From Acidobacteriota bacterium (GTDB lineage Bacteria > Acidobacteriota > UBA6911 > RPQK01 > CBDFMZ01), in the NCBI GenBank assembly GCA_965249865.1, contig CBDFMZ010000002.1, forward strand, positions 1,483,304-1,547,303: a stretch of DNA of 64,000 nt. The letters are read 5' to 3'. Shown piece after piece: positions 1 to 9,195 of the stretch (positions within the stretch are counted from its first letter, which is position 1; each line of letters starts with the position of its first letter). The translations under genes were made by a program, and so were the position numbers. The notes under the pieces were generated by a model. That model was given only the letters and a program-made list of their open reading frames with translations, had not been told where the DNA came from and did no database searches.

Positions 1-374
1 CCCCTTCCCCGGTGTGAACCGGGGTGGGCAACCAGGTAACTCAAACCCAGACGCTCACATCGCTCCATCTCGTCCAAAAAGGCTGTAATCGAGCGTTGCC
101 AGAGCACCTCATCCGATCCCGCTAGATTGATCAAATAGCTGTCGTGAGCCACAATCGCGCGAATTCCGGAATCGGACCAAATCTGACGAAAAGCTTCCAC
201 TTCTTCCCCGGACAAGGGTTTCCCCTGCCATCGATTGTTGTTTTTAACAAAGATTTGAAGTACGTTGCAGCCAACCTCCAGAGCACGATGAAGGGCCAGT
301 GGTGCACCACCAGCGATCGACATGTGAGCTCCCAATAAGGGGGCACCTCGGATCCCTTGCTTTACTCGTGCCAT
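1..374 (-). CDS. nfo: Endonuclease IV (Nfo), 5' part only; gene continues beyond window start
   Basis: Minus-strand translation from ATG at 374 gives MARVKQGIRGAPLLGAHMSIAGG...HDSYLINL...FLDEMERCERLGLSYLVAHPGSH, which carries the Nfo/AP-endonuclease family 2 signatures (GAHxSxAGG, HDSYLINL, HPGSH). The ORF track splits it across frames because it runs off the window. Confidence 0.7.
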   Translation of the reverse strand, partial: MARVKQGIRGAPLLGAHMSIAGGAPLALHRALEVGCNVLQIFVKNNNRWQGKPLSGEEVEAFRQIWSDSGIRAIVAHDSYLINLAGSDEVLWQRSITAFLDEMERCERLGLSYLVAHPGSHRGR

Positions 375-540
375 TGACTATAGCCGGAAATGATACAAGA
401 AAACATATGGACGTTCAGAATCTCCAGCGCCCGCAACCCGTGATAAAGTCCCATGGAGTCGCACACCAGGGATCTGTCATCGTCGACCAGAGCCAGGAAG
501 AGTCAATATCGACACATCGGTTCTCGCATGGATGAGTTGC

Positions 541-1970
541 CTACTCTCTCTGCCAGGAAGCCGGAGTAATTCCACCTACTAGTAAGAAGACAAGAAACGA
601 ACAAATGAGCGAAAGGGCAGAGGGTGCAACCTCCAAAGAATAGAATCCTGTACGGTCTATAATCTCTAGAACTGAGTTGGTCACAATCCCGAAGAGAATA
701 CTGGATCGAGCCGCCCAATACCCAGCACATTTCCAGTTCAAACCCAAGGCCAATGCAGGTGTCAGAGCAGCGGCAAAGGTACCGAAACCAAAAATACCAA
801 GATATGCAACCAGTTCACTCATTCTCCTGGCAAAGAAAAACGCTAAAATGAACAAGAGTAGTGAGAAAAACGTCCCCAGGCCACTTCATTTCTGAGAGTC
901 AGACGAGTCGCACGTGGCAAATCCCGGGTGAGCACGGCCGCCCCAACATTGGCGAAACTGTCGGCTGTCGACATGATCGCTGACAAAATCCCTGCGTACG
1001 TCAGGGTGATCAGCCAAGTCGGAGTGTATTTCTCCAGAAAAACAGTGATCGTCTGGTCAGGATTGGGCAGAGGGACTAATACTCCTTTTAAAACCAGACT
1101 CTTGACAGTCAACCCACATCCCAGCCAAATCAATCCGCACAGGATCATCGATACTGCCAGAATAAGCGGAAAATACTTGAGCACCTTCAGATCACAAACC
1201 ATCATGAACTTGTGAACCACATGAGGTTGACCCAACGATCCCACCGCAAAAACAAAAAACCAGCTTAAGGAGTGGAAAGGACTGGTCATACCCCAGGGGT
1301 GAAAGAAGGCTGGCTGCTGATCCAGTAGTGTTCTCGAAATAGAATCCATCCCTCCGCCGGTTTGCAGAGCAAAGAAGAAAACTAATGTGGCGGCGCCGAG
1401 CATGATGACTCCTTGAAACATGTCAGTTACAACACTGGCCATCATACCCCCCGCTACACAGTAGAAGACAAGTACCCCAATTCCAAGCAAGACGGCCTTC
1501 TCAGTCGAAATGGAAAGCATGGAAGACAGAATGATCCCTAGAGCCTGCAATTGGGTTGCAAGATAACCAACGACTCCTATGAGGATACCTATTCCAGCCA
1601 TCCCACTGGAAAATCGACAGCCATAGCGGAAATAGATCACATCGGGAATGGTCAGGCAATCTCCACGAGAGGCCATTTCTTTCAAAGGGCGCGCCAGAAC
1701 CCAACACATCATTGCTCCAGTAAATGAACTGGAAATTATGATCCAAAAGGAACTTAACCCCAGGCTGTAAAACAATCCAGGTCCCCCAACAAACACAAAC
1801 CCACTCATGATGGAAGCCATAGTGGCAAGAGCCACCGGAATCAGCCCCAGTCTTTTTCCTGCCAGAAAAAAGTCATTGGCATCACGGGTCTTCCCCAGAC
1901 TCCAAAAGCCAATTACTAACAGGAAGAGCAAATAAACGAGAGCTGCTCCGAATATCATCTGCGCATCCAC
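541..1970 (-). CDS. Sodium:solute symporter (SSS/SSF family) transporter, interrupted by an apparent frameshift near 860-880
   Basis: ORF 843..1970 encodes the N-terminal ~375 aa of an SSS-family permease (FFLAGKRLGL, multiple TM segments). ORF 541..855 in another frame continues with the expected C-terminal TM segments (FFARRMSELVAYLGIFGFGTFAAALTP...GLNWK). The join lies at an A5/T5 homopolymer. Confidence 0.6.
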
Positions 1971-2302
1971 TGTTTATGAGTCAGCGCAAATCCTAGAGGC
2001 CACAGAAAAACGGGAAAAATCCAAATACCAAAGAGCATCCAAAAAGCAGACACAGGAAGACCTAATAGAAGATAGACGGTATCCGGGTTCGGCTCTTCTG
2101 TAACCACAGGTTGGCTGCACAGGTACACCAGTACCAGATTCATCCAAATCCAAAACAATAACAGTAGTAAGCGCGAACAGGATCCGTTTGCTACAAGTGC
2201 CACGATAAAACTCACCATGCCGATGGCGAAAAGAGTTACATTGGAGACAACCATTGAAACCAGCAGCACTAGCAATGAAGTGGTTAAGAAAGCAATTCTC
2301 AT
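1955..2302 (-). CDS. Small two-TM membrane protein directly upstream of, and overlapping, the symporter start; putative symporter-associated subunit
   Basis: Internal Met MRIAFLTTSLLVLLV... gives a ~115-aa hydrophobic two-TM protein whose stop overlaps the symporter start. This mirrors the small-subunit plus SSS pairing seen in other systems. The family is not recognised and the start is uncertain. Confidence 0.35.
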   Translation of the reverse strand: MRIAFLTTSLLVLLVSMVVSNVTLFAIGMVSFIVALVANGSCSRLLLLLFWIWMNLVLVYLCSQPVVTEEPNPDTVYLLLGLPVSAFWMLFGIWIFPVFLWPLGFALTHKQWMRR

Positions 2303-2531
2303 CAGATCAGACCTAACTTCATTGTCAACAGATCCTGACAAACAGTCAATGAGTAGTGCAGGGCAGAGGCTACAGTCCCCTTCTTTGATTTTTCTCCTTG
2401 TCACCCGATGCGACTGCATCGCTTCCTCTTCCTGTCTGAACTAGGGTTGTCATTTCTGGAGAAGCGTGGTGGAATGATGGCTTCCGAGACCTTCGAAGGG
2501 TGTTGGTATTTATGAATTCAAGAAAGACGCA

Positions 2532-3326
2532 ATGGGGGAGACGACCATGAGAAAAAATAAATTGAGAGAGCTGCTCAAAGCGGGACAGCCCACTCTCGGC
2601 ACTCACATTCACAGTACATGGCCATCAATAGTAGAGGTAGTCGGACACACCGGCGTCTTTGATTATGTGGAGTTTGTGGCAGAATACGCACCCTTTGACC
2701 TTTATGCCCTTGACAATATTTGTCGGGCCGTTGAGTTATTCGATATGTCAGCGATGATCAAGGTCGATCAGGAACCCCGAAGCTTTATCGCCCAACGTGC
2801 CATTGGTTCTGGCTTTCATAGCGTCTTGTTTGCCGACTGTCGCAACGTGGAAGATGCTCGTGAATGTGTCCGTATCGTGCGTCCGGAGACACCTGAAGCC
2901 GGTGGCACTTATGGTGTCGCTACTCGCCGTATGTCGTACATGTCCTACGGAGGAACACCCGACTATGTCCAGTTCTTGAACAACATTGTCGCCGTCTTGA
3001 TGATTGAAAAAAAGTCTACTGTGGACCACCTCGAAGAGATCCTGTCCTTGGACGGCATTGACATGATCCAGTGGGGACCGTCGGACTATTCTCTGAGCGT
3101 CGGTCGAGATAGGAAGGATCCTGAAATCAAAGCGGTGGAACGCACGGTCATTGAGACAAGTCTAAAAATGGGAGTGCCGCCTCGGGCAGAGGTCAATAGT
3201 GCAGATCAGGCCAAATATTACCTGGATCTAGGTGTACGCCACTTCTGCATTGGCACGGACATTACTATCCTCCATGATTGGCTGAAACGTAGTGGAGACG
3301 ATTTGCGGAAACTGATCGGAAAATGA
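2532..3326 (+). CDS. HpcH/HpaI-family aldolase (2-keto-3-deoxy-acid / 4-hydroxy-2-oxo-acid aldolase)
   Basis: The 264-aa product (LKAGQPTLGTHIHSTWPSIVEVVGHTGVFDYVEFVAEYAP...) matches the HpcH/HpaI aldolase/citrate-lyase family in length and N-terminal motif pattern. Confidence 0.65.
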   Translation: MGETTMRKNKLRELLKAGQPTLGTHIHSTWPSIVEVVGHTGVFDYVEFVAEYAPFDLYALDNICRAVELFDMSAMIKVDQEPRSFIAQRAIGSGFHSVLFADCRNVEDARECVRIVRPETPEAGGTYGVATRRMSYMSYGGTPDYVQFLNNIVAVLMIEKKSTVDHLEEILSLDGIDMIQWGPSDYSLSVGRDRKDPEIKAVERTVIETSLKMGVPPRAEVNSADQAKYYLDLGVRHFCIGTDITILHDWLKRSGDDLRKLIGK

Positions 3327-3336
3327 CTCATTAGGA

Positions 3337-4221
3337 TTAAGCTACAATAGATACGACTTTTCGGACTACTTCATGACCTTCACGTGTCAAGATAGTTACC
3401 GTTGAAACACCATTTTTAAGTAGATAGAGTCGAGCCTCATCAAGTCCAGATCCTACCTCACTAGGAGTATGACTATCATCTCCAAAGCAGAAGCCAATAT
3501 CCATACGCTGAGCCAAACGCACTAACCAGGACGCCGGATAGGGAGCACCGAGGCCTTTTCGATATCCAGCGGTATTCAAGTCGAGGATGCAATTGCACTC
3601 TCGAATCACCCCGAGCGCCTCCTCACCAATTCGGCGGATCGCCGGCGTGTCAACTGGGCCGAGCAACTTCGCATTCTTCGAAATAACGTCAAGGTGACCT
3701 ACCACCTCCGGCTTTAAGGTCTCTACCATCTTAACCACTGTCTGGTAGTAACGAATCGTTAGAGACTCGAGACCTCCCAACTGCTTCAGTGCCCGTTGAT
3801 AAAGTTCTGCAGAACCGTCGATTTGAACTTCATCCACGTAATGGACTGAACCAACCATGTAGTCGAAATGAAAACGGTCCCGATATCCAAGAGTCAATTC
3901 AAGGTAACGATCCGCCGGTACCACTTCGGCTTCGAACCCTCGCAGAACAACCAGGCGGTCGGCGAATTCTTCAACCAAAGAGTCCAAAGCACTAGCGTAG
4001 CTCTCAAAATCGTTCACCGTTCTGGCTGGAGTCCAACTCTTGGCAATCTCGTTTTTGTACAAAAACCGTTCTTCTACCCGAGGGGCATGCTCGCTAACTC
4101 CAAATGTGTGATATCCGGCGTCAACCGCAGCCTCCAGCACATTCCTAAGGGAACCTGCAGCATGTTCACAGAATTCTTCGCTATGTCCCCCATGTAAAGA
4201 CACTTTCCAAACTGAACTCAT
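3337..4221 (-). CDS. PHP-domain histidinol-phosphatase, HisJ family
   Basis: The N-terminus LHGGHSEEFCEHA...GYHTFGVSEHAP has the His-rich PHP metal-binding motifs of HisJ/HisK-type phosphatases. Length is 294 aa. Confidence 0.65.
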   Translation of the reverse strand: MSSVWKVSLHGGHSEEFCEHAAGSLRNVLEAAVDAGYHTFGVSEHAPRVEERFLYKNEIAKSWTPARTVNDFESYASALDSLVEEFADRLVVLRGFEAEVVPADRYLELTLGYRDRFHFDYMVGSVHYVDEVQIDGSAELYQRALKQLGGLESLTIRYYQTVVKMVETLKPEVVGHLDVISKNAKLLGPVDTPAIRRIGEEALGVIRECNCILDLNTAGYRKGLGAPYPASWLVRLAQRMDIGFCFGDDSHTPSEVGSGLDEARLYLLKNGVSTVTILTREGHEVVRKVVSIVA

Positions 4222-4344
4222 CTAGCTCCTTTTCCAAACCGTGAAAACAATATCAAAAGGAACATTCTTCCACCTCTTCTGTACATAAGTGGGAAAACAT
4301 GGTCAGTAGACGAGTAAAAAGAAGGAAAACAGACTTGCCCCTTT

Positions 4345-5361
4345 TCACTCGAACTCGATGACTGCGCGACCAGAAACACTTCCGTCAGCAAGGAAAGCCA
4401 TGACCTCGTTGATTTGCTCCAGCCGATAGCGGTGAATCCTGGAGTCAATCACGCCGGCTGCTGCCAATTCGAAGAGCTCCCGAAGCTCTTGACGACTACA
4501 GACACGGGAAGGAACTACTCGGGTACCAGCCCGAACCAGATCGCCAGCTGATAGGACCAGAGGATGTGACGGCAGTCCCACCACCAAGAGAATTCCATTC
4601 TTCCGTAGACTTTGGAGAGCCCCCTGATAGGCTTCTACAGAATCTGCACACACCAGAGCGATCCCCACCTTGTTTTCGGCTTCTCCAAACCACTCTGTTG
4701 CCTGACTGGCTAAGACCGTGACGTCAGCACCCAACTCCTTCGCCAACTTCAGCTTACTTGGAACTAAATCGACCGCGGTAATTCGGGCTCCAGACCGTCT
4801 AGCTAGTTGGACTGCAAAATGCCCTAGTCCCCCCACCCCCCAAACAGCCAGGTGATCCGACTCTTTAAGATCGACCTTACTAAGGGCGCTGAAAACTGTT
4901 CCTCCAGCACAAAAGAGTGGGGCTGCCTCGCTTAAAGGAAACCCTTCGGGGATGGGGATGCTATGGCTCTCCCAGGCCAGCAGATATTCCGCAAACCCAC
5001 CATTGACAGTTGCACCTGTAATGGTGGGGACATCACAAAATACTTCCAAGTCCTGAAGACAGTACGTACACTGTCCACACGTATGATGAAACCATGACAC
5101 TCCGACCGGATCGCCTTCGCAAAAGCGGGTCACCGCTGGTCCGACTCCAGCCACCCTGCCCGCAACTTCATGCCCTAAAACAAGAGGCAGGGACATCAGA
5201 TTCTTAAAGCTTTCCCACTCCCCTAGAGCCAGATGCACATCGGTATGACAGACTCCGCAAGCAGCGACCTGAACTAGGATCTGACCCGGCCCGGGCACGG
5301 GCTTACTAACAACCTCAATCGCCAGAGGCTGTCCAAACTTCTTCAGGACAGCTGCCTTCAC
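4345..5361 (-). CDS. Zn-dependent alcohol dehydrogenase (MDR superfamily, AdhP-like)
   Basis: MKAAVLKKFGQPL...AACGVCHTDVH...GHEVAGRV...GVGGLGH carries the catalytic-Zn GHE motif, the structural Cys cluster and the GxGxxG NAD fold. Confidence 0.85.
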   Translation of the reverse strand: MKAAVLKKFGQPLAIEVVSKPVPGPGQILVQVAACGVCHTDVHLALGEWESFKNLMSLPLVLGHEVAGRVAGVGPAVTRFCEGDPVGVSWFHHTCGQCTYCLQDLEVFCDVPTITGATVNGGFAEYLLAWESHSIPIPEGFPLSEAAPLFCAGGTVFSALSKVDLKESDHLAVWGVGGLGHFAVQLARRSGARITAVDLVPSKLKLAKELGADVTVLASQATEWFGEAENKVGIALVCADSVEAYQGALQSLRKNGILLVVGLPSHPLVLSAGDLVRAGTRVVPSRVCSRQELRELFELAAAGVIDSRIHRYRLEQINEVMAFLADGSVSGRAVIEFE

Positions 5362-5801
5362 TCTGTAGTCACTCCAGTACTCTTTCTACTACCAACTATC
5401 CCTATCAGTCCCCAAGTCTGAGGGGTAACCAATTCCACGCTATTACCTGAAGGATCACGAAAATAAATCGAATATCCTCCGCCGGGCCAAGAAATCTCTT
5501 TCTCAATGACCACTTCTTGCTTGATCAGATGTTGGCGCCACCTAACTACTTCGCTTTCCTGGATGCTAAAGGCCACATGTCCAGCCCCGTTTGCCCCGTG
5601 AGGTGGAACATCACCATTTGGCTTCAGACTCTCTCCTGGGTTGAAGAGTAAAAAAATGGCCTTCCCGCAGCGGAAGAAAACGTGTCGATCTCCACCTCGT
5701 GAAAAAGCTGACAAACCCAGAACTCTACTATAAAACCTTTCCGCAGTACTCAGGTCGTCTGCGTACAGACAGGTTTCCACTACCCCTCTTACCTGTATCA
5801 C
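5358..5801 (-). CDS. VOC/glyoxalase-bleomycin-resistance family protein
   Basis: A 147-aa protein with VOC-fold features (HVAFSIQE...YFRDPSGNSVEL). Its stop overlaps the ADH start by 4 bp (ATGA), which indicates operon coupling. Confidence 0.6.
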   Translation of the reverse strand: MIQVRGVVETCLYADDLSTAERFYSRVLGLSAFSRGGDRHVFFRCGKAIFLLFNPGESLKPNGDVPPHGANGAGHVAFSIQESEVVRWRQHLIKQEVVIEKEISWPGGGYSIYFRDPSGNSVELVTPQTWGLIGIVGSRKSTGVTTE

Positions 5802-5827
5802 CAGTTCCTAAAGAGTCGTTTCAAAGC

Positions 5828-6313
5828 TCATCTACCCTTTCCTAAAGAAGTTTCTCTCAACTCGAATTCTCGCTGACAACACCAGCAAGGACCGGGAGCA
5901 TCAGTCGTGATATTGCACAGGTCACAACGGTAATAGAGGTCATAGACTTCGCCATCACGAACTGAGTAAACGTCGATTATTTCCAACTGATTTTCAGAGC
6001 GCTTCCACGCCTTGACCTGCAGCTCTCGTTCCCGGATCCGTGGGTCAGTGAAGATTTTTGTCTTTGGATCCTCCGGCAAAAACAAGTAAAGCTTTCCATC
6101 CACGGTATTCATGCCAAACAAAGGTAGCACCGTCAGATCATCTTTGAGTTCTGCCGGGTAAGCGTTCTCCGACTGGTCTAGGGTCACGATCGAACCTCGG
6201 ATATTCACCTCTTTAGACCGACGGTTGTCTTTAGCCTGGAGGTTGGGCGACAGAATTATCGACAGCATGAAACCAATACATACAACCAGTTGATCCCAGT
6301 GAATTCGTCCCAC
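5828..6313 (-). CDS. Secreted hypothetical protein with a C-terminal Cys cluster (CxxC...CWCC)
   Basis: It has an N-terminal signal peptide (MGRIHWDQLVVCIGFMLSIILSPNLQA) and a C-terminal YYRCDLCNITTDAPGPCWCCQ. No family was recognised. Confidence 0.4.
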   Translation of the reverse strand: MGRIHWDQLVVCIGFMLSIILSPNLQAKDNRRSKEVNIRGSIVTLDQSENAYPAELKDDLTVLPLFGMNTVDGKLYLFLPEDPKTKIFTDPRIRERELQVKAWKRSENQLEIIDVYSVRDGEVYDLYYRCDLCNITTDAPGPCWCCQREFELRETSLGKGR

Positions 6314-6730
6314 TTGACCTACCCTCGCAGATTACCAAGGCCTTTGATGTGTAAGTGTGTCGTGTATAAATACGCCTCCACTTGTGGCGAGTGCGCCAGC
6401 GTTGAGTTTGCGAAGCAACGATGATGTGATGCGAGATATCGGAGAGGGAACATCACAAAGAAAACCGCGCCATCTTTTAGACAGGTGGAGTGTTCCTGTT
6501 GATCTCGGTGTTCTTCTTCGTCGACGATGTCTCGCATCGCCTCTTTCTCGATCCTTGACTCCACCTTGCCAACCCCATCGGCTAGCATTACTGCGTTCAT
6601 ACTACTAAAACACTAAGCATACTATGACATTTCACTTTTTCGTAACAGAGTACAAAGTAGGTGAGAGCCTCAATTACCTATCAGCCCAAAATTTAGAAAA
6701 GACTTCAGTCGATGTTATATTCTTTTCAGC

Positions 6731-8428
6731 ATGAATATCCTGGGCGTAAACTTTTTTCACGCAAATGCCTCGGCAGCGGTTTTCGTCGATGGACAGCTGG
6801 TTGCGGCAGCCGAAGAAGAACGTTTTAACCGGGTGAAATTTTCGGCAGGTATCCCACTGGCAGCCATTGGTTTCTGCCTGAAGCAGGCAGGGCTTCAATT
6901 CAAGGACATCGACGTGATCACTTACGCGCGTTCAACAAACACTCGTGTTGTGAATAAGGACCAGATCCACTTCCAGGATCGTATTTACAAAATCAACTCA
7001 CTGTACGATCGTTACCGGATCAATTTCAAGATCATCAATTTCAAAGAAACGCTGGCTGAATACTTTGGAGTGCCAGTGGAGACGCTAGTTTTCAAGCTTC
7101 GTGAGGAGGACCATCATCTATCTCACCTGTTGTCTGGATTTTTTTACTCTCCCTTCGACAAGGCACTGTTGCTATCCTGCGATGCCTTCGGAGATTTCGT
7201 ATCGTTGAAAACCGGGGTTGGACAGGCTCTCCGGGTTGAGACTGTGCACGAGGTCCATTTTCCTCATTCAGTGGGGCTATTTTACACCACGGCTACACAA
7301 TTTCTAGGGTTTCCAGGCTACGGAGACGAAAGCAAAGTCATGGGACTTTCAACTTTTGGGGATCCCGAATACACCAATCGCCTTCGTACTATCATTTCCT
7401 TCGAAAACGGCTCACCGAGACTTAACCTCAAATACTTTGATCCAGAGAGCGGAGTAGGAACCTCTTGGTCAGAACAAACTCCGGATATCGGCCAGCTATT
7501 CGATCACAACCTCACGCGTCTGATGGGTGCTCAGAGACAGCCAGAGGAAGCGATTACGAACCGTCATCAAAACATTGCTGCCTCCTTACAACATCTGACC
7601 GAGGAAATTCTCTTCTCGATCATCGAGGACCTTTACGTCCAACATCCGATCCCTCGCTTGGTCTTCACCGGAGGGATTGCCTACAATTCCCTGCTCAATG
7701 GACGTATTTTTTCCAAAACTCCAATCGAGGAAGTTTTCATACCACCGGCACCCGGAAACAGCGGGTTGTGTGTGGGTTCGGCCCTGGCTTTTCTGGGAGA
7801 TTCGGCGCCACGTTGTGAAATGAAACAGGCCCTCTGGGGATCCGAATATTCCTCGGACGAGATAGCCCAACGCTTAAAAGACATGGGAGTGCACTTCGAA
7901 AGGCTCTCTGACCCGGTGTCAAAGGCTATACAGTTTCTCGATGACGGTCACACCATCGCTTGGTTTCAAGGCCGAATGGAGTTCGGACCGAGGAGCCTGG
8001 GGAGTCGCTCTATCTTAATCAGTCCGAAGACCCCTGATCCTCACAAGATCAAGAAACGAGATTTCTTAAAACCCTTTGGAATCTCTATCTTGGAAGACAG
8101 TGTAGGAGCTTATTTTCACGATGGTCATCGGTCCCCTTTCATGTCTTTCATGGGTAGAATTCGGGGTAAGTACAAACACGAGTTTGAGAACGTCCTGCTC
8201 AACAATTACTGTCGCTATCAGACTGTGGGGCCTGAGAATCTGCTTTTGTACGAGCTGTTGACCCGTTTTCGGGAAAAGACGGGCCTCCCTTTTTTGATCA
8301 ACACCTCACTCAATCCGGAGGGTGAACCCATTATCGAATCGCCCGAGCAACTAATTCAGCATTTCACCCGCATGCACCTGGACGCCGCTATCATCGGTGA
8401 TTTCCTGGTCTCTGCTCCCAACATTTAG
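6731..8428 (+). CDS. Carbamoyltransferase, NodU/CmcH family
   Basis: The N-terminus MNILGVNFFHANASAAVFVDGQLVAAAEEERFNRVKF is the canonical Kae1/YgjD-like opening of NodU/CmcH/TobZ carbamoyltransferases. The 565-aa length is typical. Confidence 0.8.
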   Translation: MNILGVNFFHANASAAVFVDGQLVAAAEEERFNRVKFSAGIPLAAIGFCLKQAGLQFKDIDVITYARSTNTRVVNKDQIHFQDRIYKINSLYDRYRINFKIINFKETLAEYFGVPVETLVFKLREEDHHLSHLLSGFFYSPFDKALLLSCDAFGDFVSLKTGVGQALRVETVHEVHFPHSVGLFYTTATQFLGFPGYGDESKVMGLSTFGDPEYTNRLRTIISFENGSPRLNLKYFDPESGVGTSWSEQTPDIGQLFDHNLTRLMGAQRQPEEAITNRHQNIAASLQHLTEEILFSIIEDLYVQHPIPRLVFTGGIAYNSLLNGRIFSKTPIEEVFIPPAPGNSGLCVGSALAFLGDSAPRCEMKQALWGSEYSSDEIAQRLKDMGVHFERLSDPVSKAIQFLDDGHTIAWFQGRMEFGPRSLGSRSILISPKTPDPHKIKKRDFLKPFGISILEDSVGAYFHDGHRSPFMSFMGRIRGKYKHEFENVLLNNYCRYQTVGPENLLLYELLTRFREKTGLPFLINTSLNPEGEPIIESPEQLIQHFTRMHLDAAIIGDFLVSAPNI

Positions 8429-8499
8429 AAGTCGTGGCCAACCCTAAGACTCAAAACCTCAAATCGGGAACCTGTCCGTGCTATACTCTGCCGGTGCGC

Positions 8500-9195
8500 A
8501 TGGTTCTTTTCGACATCGACGGCACCTTGTTGCTATCCGGTGGTGTGGGGAGCCGGGCTCTCGGATTTGCTTTAAAAGATATTTTCGGTCTGACAGACGG
8601 TCTCGGCAACACCCGACCAGATGGGAAGACCGATCCCCAAATTGTGCGTGAGGTACTAGCCTACTCCGGTCAAGTCCAGGAGAACAGCGATCATCTGGAG
8701 ACTTTTTTTTCTAGCTATCTTTCTTATCTCCGCCGCGAACTTAGCGCTGCAAAAAATTTCCGAGTACTTCCCGGAGTTCGTGAATTACTGGCACGTTTAA
8801 CCCCTCAGGCTGGGTTTTTATTGGGACTGGCTACGGGAAATATTGAAGATGGGGCACGAATGAAGCTGGAGCGGGCAAGATTGAGCTCCCTCTTTACATT
8901 TGGTGCCTTTGGTTCAGACGCTGAAGATCGCACCGAGTTGATTAAAATTGCCATCGAGCGAGGGACAGAGATAATCAGACCCGCGACACCGAAAGATGTT
9001 ATTGTCATTGGTGATACTCCTAGAGATATTGTCCACGGTAAGGATGCCGGGGCAAAAACCGTCGCAGTGGCTACGGGTTCCTATTCCCTAGAACGTTTAC
9101 TTTTACATAACCCCGATCTCGCCATCTCCAGTTTTGAACCGATCGAACCCGTGTTCTCCTTTTTAGCGGAAGGTTTGAGGAGTGCTAAAATCTGA
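8500..9195 (+). CDS. HAD-superfamily hydrolase (phosphatase)
   Basis: From the internal ATG at 8500 the product reads MVLFDIDGTLL, the HAD motif I DxDGT. A later GDTPRDI matches motif IV. The ORF-track start at 8434 is probably too far upstream. Confidence 0.75.
   Translation: MVLFDIDGTLLLSGGVGSRALGFALKDIFGLTDGLGNTRPDGKTDPQIVREVLAYSGQVQENSDHLETFFSSYLSYLRRELSAAKNFRVLPGVRELLARLTPQAGFLLGLATGNIEDGARMKLERARLSSLFTFGAFGSDAEDRTELIKIAIERGTEIIRPATPKDVIVIGDTPRDIVHGKDAGAKTVAVATGSYSLERLLLHNPDLAISSFEPIEPVFSFLAEGLRSAKI

Noticed and set aside
3789-4197. Plus-strand ORFs inside the PHP phosphatase gene
   Set aside because: They are antisense overlaps of a well-supported CDS with no motifs.
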